Below are positions 37,603 to 46,763 of a stretch of 64,000 bases of DNA, piece after piece. Position 1 is the first letter of the stretch; the number at the start of each line of letters is the position of its first letter. Source of the stretch: a virus (taxonomy: Duplodnaviria > Caudoviricetes); the IMG/VR virus record IMGVR_UViG_3300025918_000012, positions 4,799 to 68,798 of that record. One strand, written 5' to 3'. The notes beneath the pieces were generated by a model that saw nothing but the letters and a program-made list of their open reading frames with translations, ran no database searches and was not told the origin of the DNA. The position numbers were made by a program, and so were the translations under genes.

Positions 37603-38190
37603 GTGGCGAAGAAGGACGCCGAAGAACCCGTCGTCTTCGTGCCGGAGCAGCCGGAGAAGGAGACGCGCGGCCGGAAGGCGGGGATGACCGCCATGCAGAT
37701 CGCGATGCGCAACTTGGAGGTCGTCAGCGACCGGATGCGCGGCGACTCCGTGGAGGTCGTGGCGAACAAGTACGGCCTCTCGGGGCAGCGGATTCGCGGC
37801 ATCATGGCCGAGTACCGGGAGAGCAACCCGACGCTGCGCCACCACGACCCGGTGGACATCGTGGACGAGTTGCTCGACGGCTACACGGCCGACCTGCGGG
37901 CGCTGAACGACACCTACGATCAGGCGGCCAAGGGCAACAACCTCAACGCGCGCATCGGCGCGGTGAACGCGCGCATGACGGCCCGCGCGCGCATCGCCGA
38001 GTTGTTGCAGGCCATCGGCGTGCTGCCGCACGACCTCGGCACGATGCATCTGGTCATCGACGGGCAGATCGCCGCCGAGAAGGTGATCGCGGTGCTCGAA
38101 CGCTACGACGTGCCCGAGGAGATCTTCACCGAGATCGAGCGCGCCTTCGACGCTGAGGCGACCGCCGTGGAGCTTCCTGCCGGGCCGTGA
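37603..38190 (+). CDS. terS: terminase small subunit (HTH)
   Basis: HTH (VVANKYGLSGQRIRGI) directly upstream of terL; TAGCCT 7 nt before GTG. Confidence 0.65.
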   Translation: MAKKDAEEPVVFVPEQPEKETRGRKAGMTAMQIAMRNLEVVSDRMRGDSVEVVANKYGLSGQRIRGIMAEYRESNPTLRHHDPVDIVDELLDGYTADLRALNDTYDQAAKGNNLNARIGAVNARMTARARIAELLQAIGVLPHDLGTMHLVIDGQIAAEKVIAVLERYDVPEEIFTEIERAFDAEATAVELPAGP

Positions 38191-40016
38191 CCGCGCGCGG
38201 TTCGACCGTCGGCGGCGTCCACGCTCGGAACCTCAACCGGCCGCAGACGTTCCACGGCGTCGGCGCACGGGAGGCGATGCGCGAGCGCCTGCGCATCCGC
38301 CGGGAGGCGAAGGCCGGGACGCAGATCGGGTTCCTCGATTGGGCGCTTGAGGTCCCGGAGGTCAAGACCGGCAAGCTCGACTTCGACCGCTTCCCGCCGC
38401 AGATCGAGTTGTACCGGGAGGGCGTCAACGACCCCGAGTGCGTCGTCATGAAGTCCACGCAGGTCGGCGTCAGCGCGTGGGCGGTGCGGTGGGCGCTCTA
38501 CCACTCCGACACGAAGGGCCTCACCGGGCTGTACGTCTTCCCGACGGCGCGCGACATGTGGGACTTCTCGACGCTGCGCGTCGGCCCGATCATCCGCAAC
38601 TCGCCGCGCCTGTCGCGTCGCCAGAAGCCCGACGACCCGGACAACAAGGGCATGAAGGGCATCGGTCTCGGGACCGTCGTCTTCCGTGGCTCGGAGTCCC
38701 CGCGCGGCCTTGAGTCCGTGGACGCCGATCACATGGTCTTCGACGAGTACGAGCTTCTCGAACCGACGCACATCCCCATCGCCGAGCGCCGCACCGGCGC
38801 GTCCCTGTACGGCTACAAGCGGCGCATCGGCTGGCCGTTCATCCCGAACGCGGGCATCGACAAGCTCTACACCGAGAGCGACCAGCGCCGCTGGAACGTG
38901 AAGTGCGGGTCCTGCAACGAGTGGCAGGACATCTCCTTCAACGACAACGTGGACCTCTCGACCGGCGAGCGGGTGTGCCGTCGCTGCCGCTCACGGCTGG
39001 ACCTGCGCAAGGGCCAGTGGGTCGCGAAGTACAACGAGTCGGGCCGCTCGCGCGGCTACCACGTGACGCAGCTAATCATGCCGATGACGCGCATGGGCGA
39101 CATCATCAAGGCGGCCAAGAAGCGCAGCCCGACGGAGAAGCAGTCGTTCATGAACCGGGATCTCGGGGTGGCGTGGGCACCGGAGGAGGGGCGGCTGTCG
39201 GACGCCGCGTACGACGCGGCGGTGAGCGCCGGTGGCGGCTACGCGCTCGCGCCTGCGAACGTCCACGGTCTCGTGACGATGGGCGTGGACGTCGCGACGG
39301 TCCGCAACCTCAACGTGCGGATCAGCCTCCACAACGAGGACGGCTCCAAGATCGCGCTGTGGCTCGGCGAGGTCGAGAGCTTCAACGAACTGGACAAGCT
39401 GTGGAACCGCTTCGCGGTGAGCATGGCGGTCATCGACCACCTGCCGGAGGGGCGGCTCGCGCGCGCGTTCGCGGAGCGCCATCGCGGGCAGGTGTATCTC
39501 TGCGCGCTGACGGACACGACCGGGCCGCACATGAAGAAGCCGTTCGAGCCGGACGACGACGCCATGTTCGTGAGCGTCAACCGGACGGTCGCCATCGACA
39601 CGATGTTGTCGCTGATTCGTGGGCAGTTGAACCGGCTGCCGATCAACCCGCCGGAGGACTACAAGGAGCACTTGCAGGCCCCGACGCGGATCGTGCTGAA
39701 CGAGATCGAGATGCAGGCCGGGGCCGCGAAGAACCAGTCGCCGCGCGGGACCCGCGTCTTCTACCGGTCGGCCGGGGCCGACGACTACGCGATGGCCGAG
39801 GTCTTCGACGTCGTGGCGAAGGAGTGCTGGGACTACCGGACGCTGCTCCACGCCGCCGGGGAGGGCACGTTCACCGCCATCGAGGACGAGTTGGAGTTCG
39901 AGCGCTCGCATCTCGCGAACCCGATCATCGAGCCGGACTACTACGAGGGCGGCCGGTCGGCCGACGACTACTACGGCATGGACCCGGACCAGCGCTATTA
40001 CGAGGGCCGCGACTAG
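38187..40016 (+). CDS. terL: terminase large subunit (lambda GpA-like)
   Basis: VVMKSTQVGVS; YVFPT; RG......ES.DAD...FDEY; Zn motif C.SC..WQ...C..C; RG.H..QL; MG.DV nuclease motif. Confidence 0.9.
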   Translation: MTARGSTVGGVHARNLNRPQTFHGVGAREAMRERLRIRREAKAGTQIGFLDWALEVPEVKTGKLDFDRFPPQIELYREGVNDPECVVMKSTQVGVSAWAVRWALYHSDTKGLTGLYVFPTARDMWDFSTLRVGPIIRNSPRLSRRQKPDDPDNKGMKGIGLGTVVFRGSESPRGLESVDADHMVFDEYELLEPTHIPIAERRTGASLYGYKRRIGWPFIPNAGIDKLYTESDQRRWNVKCGSCNEWQDISFNDNVDLSTGERVCRRCRSRLDLRKGQWVAKYNESGRSRGYHVTQLIMPMTRMGDIIKAAKKRSPTEKQSFMNRDLGVAWAPEEGRLSDAAYDAAVSAGGGYALAPANVHGLVTMGVDVATVRNLNVRISLHNEDGSKIALWLGEVESFNELDKLWNRFAVSMAVIDHLPEGRLARAFAERHRGQVYLCALTDTTGPHMKKPFEPDDDAMFVSVNRTVAIDTMLSLIRGQLNRLPINPPEDYKEHLQAPTRIVLNEIEMQAGAAKNQSPRGTRVFYRSAGADDYAMAEVFDVVAKECWDYRTLLHAAGEGTFTAIEDELEFERSHLANPIIEPDYYEGGRSADDYYGMDPDQRYYEGRD

Positions 40017-40274
40017 GTGTCCGGCGAGCGTCTTAGCTTGGACGACCGGATGCGCGATCTGTTGGAGGACCCGGAGTTCCGCGAGGACGTGGCCGAGCGC
40101 GCGTACATGCGCGAGCGGGCCGAGGAGGCGGCAGCGGACCGCGAGCACGACCTCGATCAGCGGACGACGTACTTCGCGGTGGCGTGGGAGTCGGTGAGCG
40201 ACGCCTCGAAGAAGCCGTACCGGACGGCCGTCCACGAGGCGCTCGACACGGTGCTCGCGCTCGACGCGGCATGA
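40017..40274 (+). CDS. hypothetical protein
   Basis: Coding-like ORF after terL. Confidence 0.5.
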   Translation: MSGERLSLDDRMRDLLEDPEFREDVAERAYMRERAEEAAADREHDLDQRTTYFAVAWESVSDASKKPYRTAVHEALDTVLALDAA

Positions 40275-40275
40275 C

Positions 40276-40452
40276 GTGCCCGAGGAGAAGAAGCCTCCGA
40301 AGTCGCTCAGTCGGATGCCGAAGAAGCGGTTGGAGGATCGCGCGGAGGCGTTCGCGAAGGCGACGAATCGCAAGGGAATGCCCATGACATACGGGGCGGG
40401 CAAGGAGCCGAACAAGCCCCCGCCCAAGGAGCGCGAGCGCGCCAAGAAGTAG
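40276..40452 (+). CDS. small basic protein (58 aa)
   Basis: GTG CCC GAG GAG AAG ... AAG AAG TAG, read by hand. Confidence 0.45.
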   Translation: MPEEKKPPKSLSRMPKKRLEDRAEAFAKATNRKGMPMTYGAGKEPNKPPPKERERAKK

Positions 40453-40529
40453 ATCTCCTGTCAGATCTGTCACGGACGGCGCGACCCGTGACTTAGTAGG
40501 ACATGAGCACCCCGACCAAGGAGGATGCG

Positions 40530-40877
40530 GTGAATCGCATCGACCCGTTCAGCCCCGCCAAGACCGGCATCGACACGTCCGGCAACCCCGTCGCTCTCGG
40601 CGACATCGACTCCGACGGCTACTTCGTCGGCCACATCACCATCGACGGCTGCGTCTTCGAGAGCCGGATCGAGCGCGACCGCGCGATTGGCGCGGGCCGC
40701 CTCAACGATGCGGTCATCGCCGCCGAGAAGAACGGCACCACGCCGCCGAACCCGCTCGACGTCCTGCTCGCCGCCGGGGTGGACCCGAGCAACATCGGCG
40801 AGGCCCTCGCGGAGTACCGGTCGCAGCGCCGGATGATCGACTGGATCGCCGGGCGCATCTCGTTCCCCTTCGGCTAA
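40530..40877 (+). CDS. hypothetical protein
   Basis: CCGACCAAGGAG at 40512 places the start at GTG 40530. Confidence 0.6.
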   Translation: MNRIDPFSPAKTGIDTSGNPVALGDIDSDGYFVGHITIDGCVFESRIERDRAIGAGRLNDAVIAAEKNGTTPPNPLDVLLAAGVDPSNIGEALAEYRSQRRMIDWIAGRISFPFG

Positions 40878-40961
40878 CATCGCGGACGCGGTGAGGCTTT
40901 GGGGGCCACCATCGCGAGGGGGCGGCAGGCTTCGGTCTGCCGCCCCTTCTACGTTCCCGGC

Positions 40962-41741
40962 ATGTTCCGTGTGTACGAGCCTTGGGAGTGCGGCGACGAC
41001 GGCTACCCGGAGGTTTGGCACCGGTGCAGGGAGTGCGGCGGCACCGGCACCGAGCCGGTGGTCATGCATTCCGAGGAGCCTGCGATTGCGTGCTGGTCCT
41101 GCGAGGGCGCGGGCAGCGTGAAGAACCTCGTCCGCCAGCACGCGGACTTCCGATGCATCCGCTGCCATCACCCGTACCGGGCCGGGGAGGACGGCGTGTG
41201 GGTGGAGGAGATCGTCGCCCGCGACTTCGTGGGCAAGCAGGTGGAGGATCCCGGCCGCCTGTTCGACGACCTGCCCGAGGTCGCGGCGAAGATCGGCTGG
41301 ACGAAGGGCGCGAAGGTCGGCAAGACCAAGCGTGTGCAGTACAGCGCGTGCGACGGCCGCTGCAACCACCCCGGCCCGGTGCGCTGGCGGCCGGACGGCG
41401 AGGGCTGGCACCCGGCTACGCACGCCACGAACTCCGAGGTCCGGTCGCTCGTGGACAACGGCTACCGGGTGGAGGCGGCGTGGCGGATCCTGACCGTCCA
41501 CCACTTGAACGGGCACAAGCACGACCTGCGCTGGTGGAACCTCGTGAGCCTGTGTCAGCGCTGCCATCTGAGCGTGCAGTCGCGGGTCATCATGGAGCGC
41601 CGCTACCCGTTCGATCACTCCGACTGGTTCAAGCCGTACGTCGCGGGCTTCTACGCCTACAAGTACGAGGGGCGCGACATCTCGCGCGAGGAGGCCGAGG
41701 ACCGCATGGACGACCTGCTCAAGTACGAACTCGCGGTGTGA
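40962..41741 (+). CDS. HNH endonuclease with DnaJ-like Zn fingers
   Basis: CRECGGTG..CWSCEGAG; C.RC; LTVHHLNG.K.D.RWWNL..LCQRCH. Confidence 0.75.
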   Translation: MFRVYEPWECGDDGYPEVWHRCRECGGTGTEPVVMHSEEPAIACWSCEGAGSVKNLVRQHADFRCIRCHHPYRAGEDGVWVEEIVARDFVGKQVEDPGRLFDDLPEVAAKIGWTKGAKVGKTKRVQYSACDGRCNHPGPVRWRPDGEGWHPATHATNSEVRSLVDNGYRVEAAWRILTVHHLNGHKHDLRWWNLVSLCQRCHLSVQSRVIMERRYPFDHSDWFKPYVAGFYAYKYEGRDISREEAEDRMDDLLKYELAV

Positions 41742-41794
41742 GAGCGCCGCCGACCGGCGGTAGCCTTCGATCCGAACCCGAGCAGGAGAGCATC

Positions 41795-42094
41795 ATGGCG
41801 AAGAAGGCGATGCGGGCCGACGAGAAGTCCGTGCAGGAGCACCCGGTCGAGGGCCAGCACTTCCGTGACGAGCCGGGCGTCACCCCTCCCGACAAGTCGG
41901 CGGGCGAGGTCGCGGCCGAGCGCGTCGCAACGGCGCGCGCCGCGCGCGATCACGACTCGACGGTCGCTCTGTCGATGCAGGAGCTTCGGCCGCCGGGCCG
42001 CAACACCGGTCTCGGCGCGGCGGCGCAGCAGCCGTACCGCACCGACGAGATGCCGATTACCGAGTCGGAGCGCAGGGCGCGCGATGGCTCCTGA
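41795..42094 (+). CDS. hydrophilic low-complexity protein
   Basis: GGAG RBS; TAGCCT at 41761. Confidence 0.55.
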   Translation: MAKKAMRADEKSVQEHPVEGQHFRDEPGVTPPDKSAGEVAAERVATARAARDHDSTVALSMQELRPPGRNTGLGAAAQQPYRTDEMPITESERRARDGS

Positions 42095-42266
42095 GCGCCC
42101 GACGGAGTACCAGAAGGAGAAGGGCGCGGAGGGCGACACCGAGACGTCGCGGGTCAAGCGCCAGCAGGAGTCGCAGGGCAGCGATGATCCGGCGGGCACG
42201 CCGGACTCGGCCCGCCAGCAGGAGGCCGTGAGCAAGGAGGCCGCCGATGGCGAAGACGCGGGCTGA
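42084..42266 (+). CDS. small hydrophilic protein
   Basis: Overlapping operon ORF. Confidence 0.45.
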   Translation: MAPERPTEYQKEKGAEGDTETSRVKRQQESQGSDDPAGTPDSARQQEAVSKEAADGEDAG

Positions 42267-42486
42267 CCGCGAGCGCGAGGAGCAGGAGGAGTCACCGTTC
42301 CCCGATGCCGAGGAGCAGGAGCGCCGCGACGAGGAGCGCCGCCGCGAGATCACGGAGGCCGCGAACATCGCGTCCGGCGGGCACGCCGGGAAGGAGCTTC
42401 TGATCGACTCCGACGAGCGCAAGGCGAAGCTCGACGAGGCCGAGAAGGGCCGCAAGGAGCGCGAGAAGGCCGAGAAGGAACGCTGA
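42247..42486 (+). CDS. small charged protein
   Basis: AAGGAGG RBS. Confidence 0.55.
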   Translation: MAKTRADREREEQEESPFPDAEEQERRDEERRREITEAANIASGGHAGKELLIDSDERKAKLDEAEKGRKEREKAEKER

Positions 42487-42546
42487 TCGCCCGCCGGTGA
42501 GCGTAAGGTTCCTCTCGTCGGGTTGACCCCCTACGGAGAGGACACG

Positions 42547-42948
42547 ATGTCGGACTTGGACCCTGCGAGTTTCCTTGCGGACTTGCACCGGAAGCTGTTG
42601 CTGGACTGGAAGAAGTCCGGCTACGACTTCGCCCCCCCGAAGCCGGGGCCGTTGGAACTCGGGGTGGGCGCGGCCGAGGACTACGCGCGCGTGGCGATGA
42701 ACTACATGCCGTGGATCGAGTACGTGGAGGTCGAGAGCCTCGGGAACCTCACGGTGAAGGTGCGCCCGCTGGACAAGCACCGGCGCGCGTTGCCGCAGGC
42801 CGAGTGCGATGACCTCAAGCGGTTCCTCGTGGGGCTGTCGCCGGTCAGCACGCAGGTGGTCGTGCCGGGCCTGCCGCCGTACGACAAGTGGGCCGCGTAC
42901 GGCTTCAAGCCGAGGCGCATCGGGGTCATCAAGAACATCGCGTCGTGA
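42547..42948 (+). CDS. hypothetical protein
   Basis: GGAGAGG RBS. Confidence 0.55.
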   Translation: MSDLDPASFLADLHRKLLLDWKKSGYDFAPPKPGPLELGVGAAEDYARVAMNYMPWIEYVEVESLGNLTVKVRPLDKHRRALPQAECDDLKRFLVGLSPVSTQVVVPGLPPYDKWAAYGFKPRRIGVIKNIAS

Positions 42949-43355
42949 CGGTCCTGCTGGTCTGCGGGAGCGTGGAGTGGCAGTGGTGGGATCCGATCTG
43001 GAAGGCGCTGCGCCGGTTCCCGCCGGGCACGGTCTTGCGTCACGGCGATGCGCGCGGCGCGGACAAGATGGCCGGGAGCGTGGGCGGTCGGCTCGGGTTC
43101 GTGGTGCAGCCGCGCCCGGCGGATTGGGAGGTCAAGTCGGACACCCCGAAGGCGGCGGTGCGCCGGGGGCGGGGCGGGCGGCTCTACAACGTGCGGGCCG
43201 GGTATGAGCGCAACGCCCGGATGCTGGACGAGGATCCGATTCCGACGCTCGTGATCGCGTTCCAGTTGAACGGCTCCGGCGGCACGCAGAACACCATCGA
43301 CGGGGCGCGCGTGCGCGGCATCCCGGTGGAGGTCTACGAGAAGTGGACAGCCTGA
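42945..43355 (+). CDS. SLOG-family protein (DUF2493/YspA-like)
   Basis: LLVCGS..W; HG.ARGAD..A; ADW; AG..RN..ML; VIAF..GS.GT...I..AR..GIPV. Confidence 0.85.
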   Translation: MTVLLVCGSVEWQWWDPIWKALRRFPPGTVLRHGDARGADKMAGSVGGRLGFVVQPRPADWEVKSDTPKAAVRRGRGGRLYNVRAGYERNARMLDEDPIPTLVIAFQLNGSGGTQNTIDGARVRGIPVEVYEKWTA

Positions 43356-43516
43356 GCTTGTTCGGCGGCAACGTGGGCCGTCCCTCGTGCGGGAAGTGCC
43401 TGCGCCCGCTCGGCACGGTCCGGTGGGAGGTTCGTGTCGGCGTCGCGTTCCTCGTGGTCTGCCCGTACTGCGCGCACAGCTACGAGAGCAAGCGGCAGCT
43501 TCCGCCCGATGGGTAA
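43343..43516 (+). CDS. small Zn-finger protein
   Basis: CGKC...CPYC, read by hand. Confidence 0.35.
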   Translation: MDSLSLFGGNVGRPSCGKCLRPLGTVRWEVRVGVAFLVVCPYCAHSYESKRQLPPDG

Positions 43517-43859
43517 GCACCATGAGCGCGAGCCGGGGTTGCTGTTGCGCGCGTCGGAGTGGGCGATGCTCGACGCGGCGCGCGCGGACTCCTCGCAGTG
43601 GGCGGCGAACCTCGTGACGGTCTTGGAGCGTCTCGGCCGTCAGCGCTACGAGGCCCACCAGGGGCCGCAGTGGCACACCGAGTACGACCGGCTCGCCGAG
43701 GGCTTCGCTGCCCTCCACGAGAGCCGGGAGCGTGATCTGTGGCGGTTCCGGCACGAGACCGACAGGCTGCGACGCGAGCGCGACGACGCCCGGCAGGCCG
43801 CGCGCGACGAGACGGCGCGGCGGATCGCTTTGCAGCGCCGCCGTCCGCTGCCGCCGTGA
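43509..43859 (+). CDS. coiled-coil hypothetical protein
   Basis: Begins MGKHHERE; coding-like. Confidence 0.5.
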   Translation: MGKHHEREPGLLLRASEWAMLDAARADSSQWAANLVTVLERLGRQRYEAHQGPQWHTEYDRLAEGFAALHESRERDLWRFRHETDRLRRERDDARQAARDETARRIALQRRRPLPP

Positions 43860-43869
43860 GGATCCGCGC

Positions 43870-44148
43870 ATGGCCCGCAAACGCAACTCCTCCTACCTCG
43901 CGGCGCTCGCGGTGCGCGCCATGAGCCACGACGTCGAGTGCGTGTTCCTGCTGCTCGACGGCGCGGAGCGGTGGGCGCGGATCACTTCCCGCTCTGTCCG
44001 CGAAGAACTGCTCGACCCGGACCTCAAGAAGAAGGACAGGGGGTCCTCTGTCGTGCTACACCTAGACGACGACGGGCCGCCGCTGCCACTGAACGACGTC
44101 GCCGAGATCCGCCGGGCGAGGCGCAGTTCGGATACGGTCGCAGTGTGA
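43870..44148 (+). CDS. hypothetical protein
   Basis: GAGG RBS. Confidence 0.5.
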   Translation: MARKRNSSYLAALAVRAMSHDVECVFLLLDGAERWARITSRSVREELLDPDLKKKDRGSSVVLHLDDDGPPLPLNDVAEIRRARRSSDTVAV

Positions 44149-44198
44149 GGGCGCGGTAGGCTACCCGTCCACATAGTTGCCCGACCTTGGAGGACCAC

Positions 44199-44375
44199 AT
44201 GGCTGCTCGGTACGTCTGTCCCGAGTGCGGAAATGAGGTCGCCGCCGAGCGCGTGGAGAGGCGCGTTCCCGGCTCGAAGACGCATGTATACGTCGTGCCG
44301 AACGTTGAGTGCTCGTGCGGTGGCGAGATGAAGCACGAGACGTACGAGCGGCCCGCACGAGAGGTCGCGGGCTGA
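44199..44375 (+). CDS. Zn-ribbon protein
   Basis: CPECG...CSCGG; CCGACCTTGGAGG RBS. Confidence 0.6.
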   Translation: MAARYVCPECGNEVAAERVERRVPGSKTHVYVVPNVECSCGGEMKHETYERPAREVAG

Positions 44376-45091
44376 TGTTCGAGCGATTCACCGAGCGCGC
44401 CCGCGAGGTCATCGTCGTGGCGCGCGAGACGGCCGAGAAGCGCGGTCGCCCACGGGGCGGCAAGTCCCCGGTGCAGACCGTCGATCTGCTGTACGCGCTC
44501 GTCCACGAACGCCTGACGGACAGCCTCGCGCACAAGATCCTGCTGACCGGCAACGTGACGCAGACCCGCATGGACGGCATCCGGTTCGGGCTGCCGACCG
44601 AGCACGACTCCGACAGCAACTCGCACTTCTCCGAGGAGGCGCAGCGGACGTTGGAGTTGTCGCTGCGCGAGGCGCTGTCGCTCGGCAACAACTACATCGG
44701 CACCGAGCACATCCTGCTGGCCCTCACGCGGTTCGGCAGCACGAGCGCCGGGCGGGTGCTCACCGAGTTCAGCATCGACCCGGACGCGCTGCGCGAGACG
44801 ATCATGCGCGAGCTTCGCCCGCCGGTGAAGAAGAAGGCCGAGCCGGAGGTCAAGTCCGCCGAGGAGGCCCTCACCGAGACGCCGAACAGGACCGCGCTGG
44901 CGACGCGCGTGCGCGGGCTGCTCGATGAGCGCCTGACCGCCATCGAGACGTCGGAGCCGGAGGCCACGCGCGGGGTCACGCGCGACGACGCCGAGGTCAT
45001 CAGCCTGCTCGCGGCGTCCGTCGCCGCGCTCGAAGGGCCGCCGCAGCACGTCAACTGGATCGGCAGCGCCGCTTCGAGGAGGGCGTCATGA
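44375..45091 (+). CDS. stand-alone ClpC N-terminal (double Clp-N repeat) domain protein
   Basis: MFERFTERAREVIVVA; LELSLREALSLGNNYIGTEHILL; no AAA+ module. Confidence 0.88.
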   Translation: MFERFTERAREVIVVARETAEKRGRPRGGKSPVQTVDLLYALVHERLTDSLAHKILLTGNVTQTRMDGIRFGLPTEHDSDSNSHFSEEAQRTLELSLREALSLGNNYIGTEHILLALTRFGSTSAGRVLTEFSIDPDALRETIMRELRPPVKKKAEPEVKSAEEALTETPNRTALATRVRGLLDERLTAIETSEPEATRGVTRDDAEVISLLAASVAALEGPPQHVNWIGSAASRRAS

Positions 45092-45318
45092 CCGAGGACT
45101 GCGACCGGTGCATGGGCGAGCGCTACATCGACGACGGCGATCATCCGTGCCCGCGCTGCAACCCGGCGGTCGTGCGCATGGACACCGAGACCGGGCCGGT
45201 GTATCTCGTCGGCGGTCCCGTGGAGGTCATGGTCTGCGGAGAGGCGTACGACGTGCTGCTCCATGAAGCCGAGCCGGACATGCGGATCTACGACCTGCCG
45301 GTCGTTCTCGTCTCCTGA
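45088..45318 (+). CDS. Zn-ribbon hypothetical protein
   Basis: CDRC.G...CPRC. Confidence 0.55.
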   Translation: MTEDCDRCMGERYIDDGDHPCPRCNPAVVRMDTETGPVYLVGGPVEVMVCGEAYDVLLHEAEPDMRIYDLPVVLVS

Positions 45319-45379
45319 GCTTCCGCGCGCGCTCCCCGGCGGGAGGGCACCTGTCCTCCCGCCGGGGCATCCTTTCCGC

Positions 45380-45625
45380 ATGAGGATCACCACGAAGCAG
45401 GGCCACGTGCTGCGCGCGCTCGCCGACCGCACGGACCGGCCGACAACGCGCGCGCTCGCCGACCGCATGGAGACCCCGCAGTACCGGCGCGCCCGGTGGG
45501 GCTACCAGGAGGTCTACACCGCCCTGCGCGCGCTCGAACGCAAGGGCGCGGTGCGGCGCATCCCCGGCGCGCGGGCCGTGCATTGGGAGGCGACCGCCGA
45601 CGGGCTTGAAGCAGCGCCCGAGTAG
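45380..45625 (+). CDS. winged-HTH protein
   Basis: VLRALA...T.ALA...Y..L..LERKG.V.R...W..T..G. Confidence 0.6.
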   Translation: MRITTKQGHVLRALADRTDRPTTRALADRMETPQYRRARWGYQEVYTALRALERKGAVRRIPGARAVHWEATADGLEAAPE

Positions 45626-45826
45626 ATGTTCGCTTACCGGGACGGGCGCGAGATCTTCGTCTGCGACGGCTGCCACGAGACGATCAAGGAGAAGCTGCTC
45701 AAGAAGGGCTGGCCGAAGGAGACGACGTGGAAGGGCGTGCCGTGGCCCGTCCACTTCCACTCGCCGGAGTGCAAGAAGCGCTACCGCAAGCCGCAGCGCG
45801 CACCCGAGGGAGCGCTGCGGACCTGA
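45626..45826 (+). CDS. small Zn-binding protein
   Basis: CDGC...HFHS.EC. Confidence 0.55.
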   Translation: MFAYRDGREIFVCDGCHETIKEKLLKKGWPKETTWKGVPWPVHFHSPECKKRYRKPQRAPEGALRT

Positions 45827-46095
45827 CCCTTGAGCGTTCCGAGGCCGCGCTCGCATGGGAACTGCGCGGCGCGTGGGCCGCACGCAAGCGCGTCGTGGTC
45901 GTCCTCACCGACCGGTGCATGGTCCAGCGCGTCGAGGGGTTCGTTCAGCGCGTCGCGGTCACCGGCGCGTTCGTGGTCATCGACGGCTGGCACGTGCCCA
46001 TGAGCGAAGTGCTCACCGTGAGGTCCCCGCACCACTTGCAGAAACAGGGCCTTCCGAGCGGAGGGAGTATGGAAGGGAGTCAGCATGACACGTGA
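45823..46095 (+). CDS. hypothetical protein (start uncertain)
   Basis: Coding-like 3' part of ORF 45727-46095. Confidence 0.4.
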   Translation: MTLERSEAALAWELRGAWAARKRVVVVLTDRCMVQRVEGFVQRVAVTGAFVVIDGWHVPMSEVLTVRSPHHLQKQGLPSGGSMEGSQHDT

Positions 46096-46364
46096 ATACA
46101 CCTGCAATCCGGGGCCTTTCTGTATGCGGACTCCCTTCCGTACTCCTTCCAGGGGACCAGAACGGATCGACCGTTCGGGTTGATTCCGACCGGCGAGGCG
46201 GGCATTCTCTGGTCGCCCGGTTGCGATGGCGCGGTCTCAGGCGTCCGAGGCGGGGGAGCGCGCGCAACACGAACGACACGTCGAGGCCGGTGATCCCAAG
46301 AGGCGACCGGGCACCCCCGCCGAGACGATCCGGGATGGACCGGTTCGGGCCGTAGGCTGTGGTC

Positions 46365-46763
46365 ATGGACGGCGTATCTCTCCTTCGCCCGCTCCGCGCC
46401 GACGAAGTGCTCTGCCCGGCCGGGACCCTCGTGAACGAGGCCGACGTCCGCTGTGGCATCGAGGGCCGCACCGTGCAGGGGCGGCTGAACCCCGAGTCGG
46501 TGGGCTGCTACTGCACCGCCGACTACGCCTCCTGCTCGACGTGGCTGGCGGCCAAGAAGGTCGAGGAGAAGGGCGGCGACCTGCGCAAGATCCTCGATCA
46601 GCAGACCGAGGAGGCGAGCAGGGCGCGGACCCGCAAGATGCTCCGCGAGGCCCGCGTCCGGCGCGCGCAGCAGTTGCTCAGTGATCCCGGCCCGGAGGGC
46701 GTGAGGTTCCGCGAGAAGTACCGGCGGGTCATGGAGATCGCGGAGCGTAGGGGCGCGGCATGA
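46365..46763 (+). CDS. Cys-containing hypothetical protein
   Basis: TAGGCT 6 nt before ATG; C...C...C.C...Y..C..W. Confidence 0.55.
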   Translation: MDGVSLLRPLRADEVLCPAGTLVNEADVRCGIEGRTVQGRLNPESVGCYCTADYASCSTWLAAKKVEEKGGDLRKILDQQTEEASRARTRKMLREARVRRAQQLLSDPGPEGVRFREKYRRVMEIAERRGAA

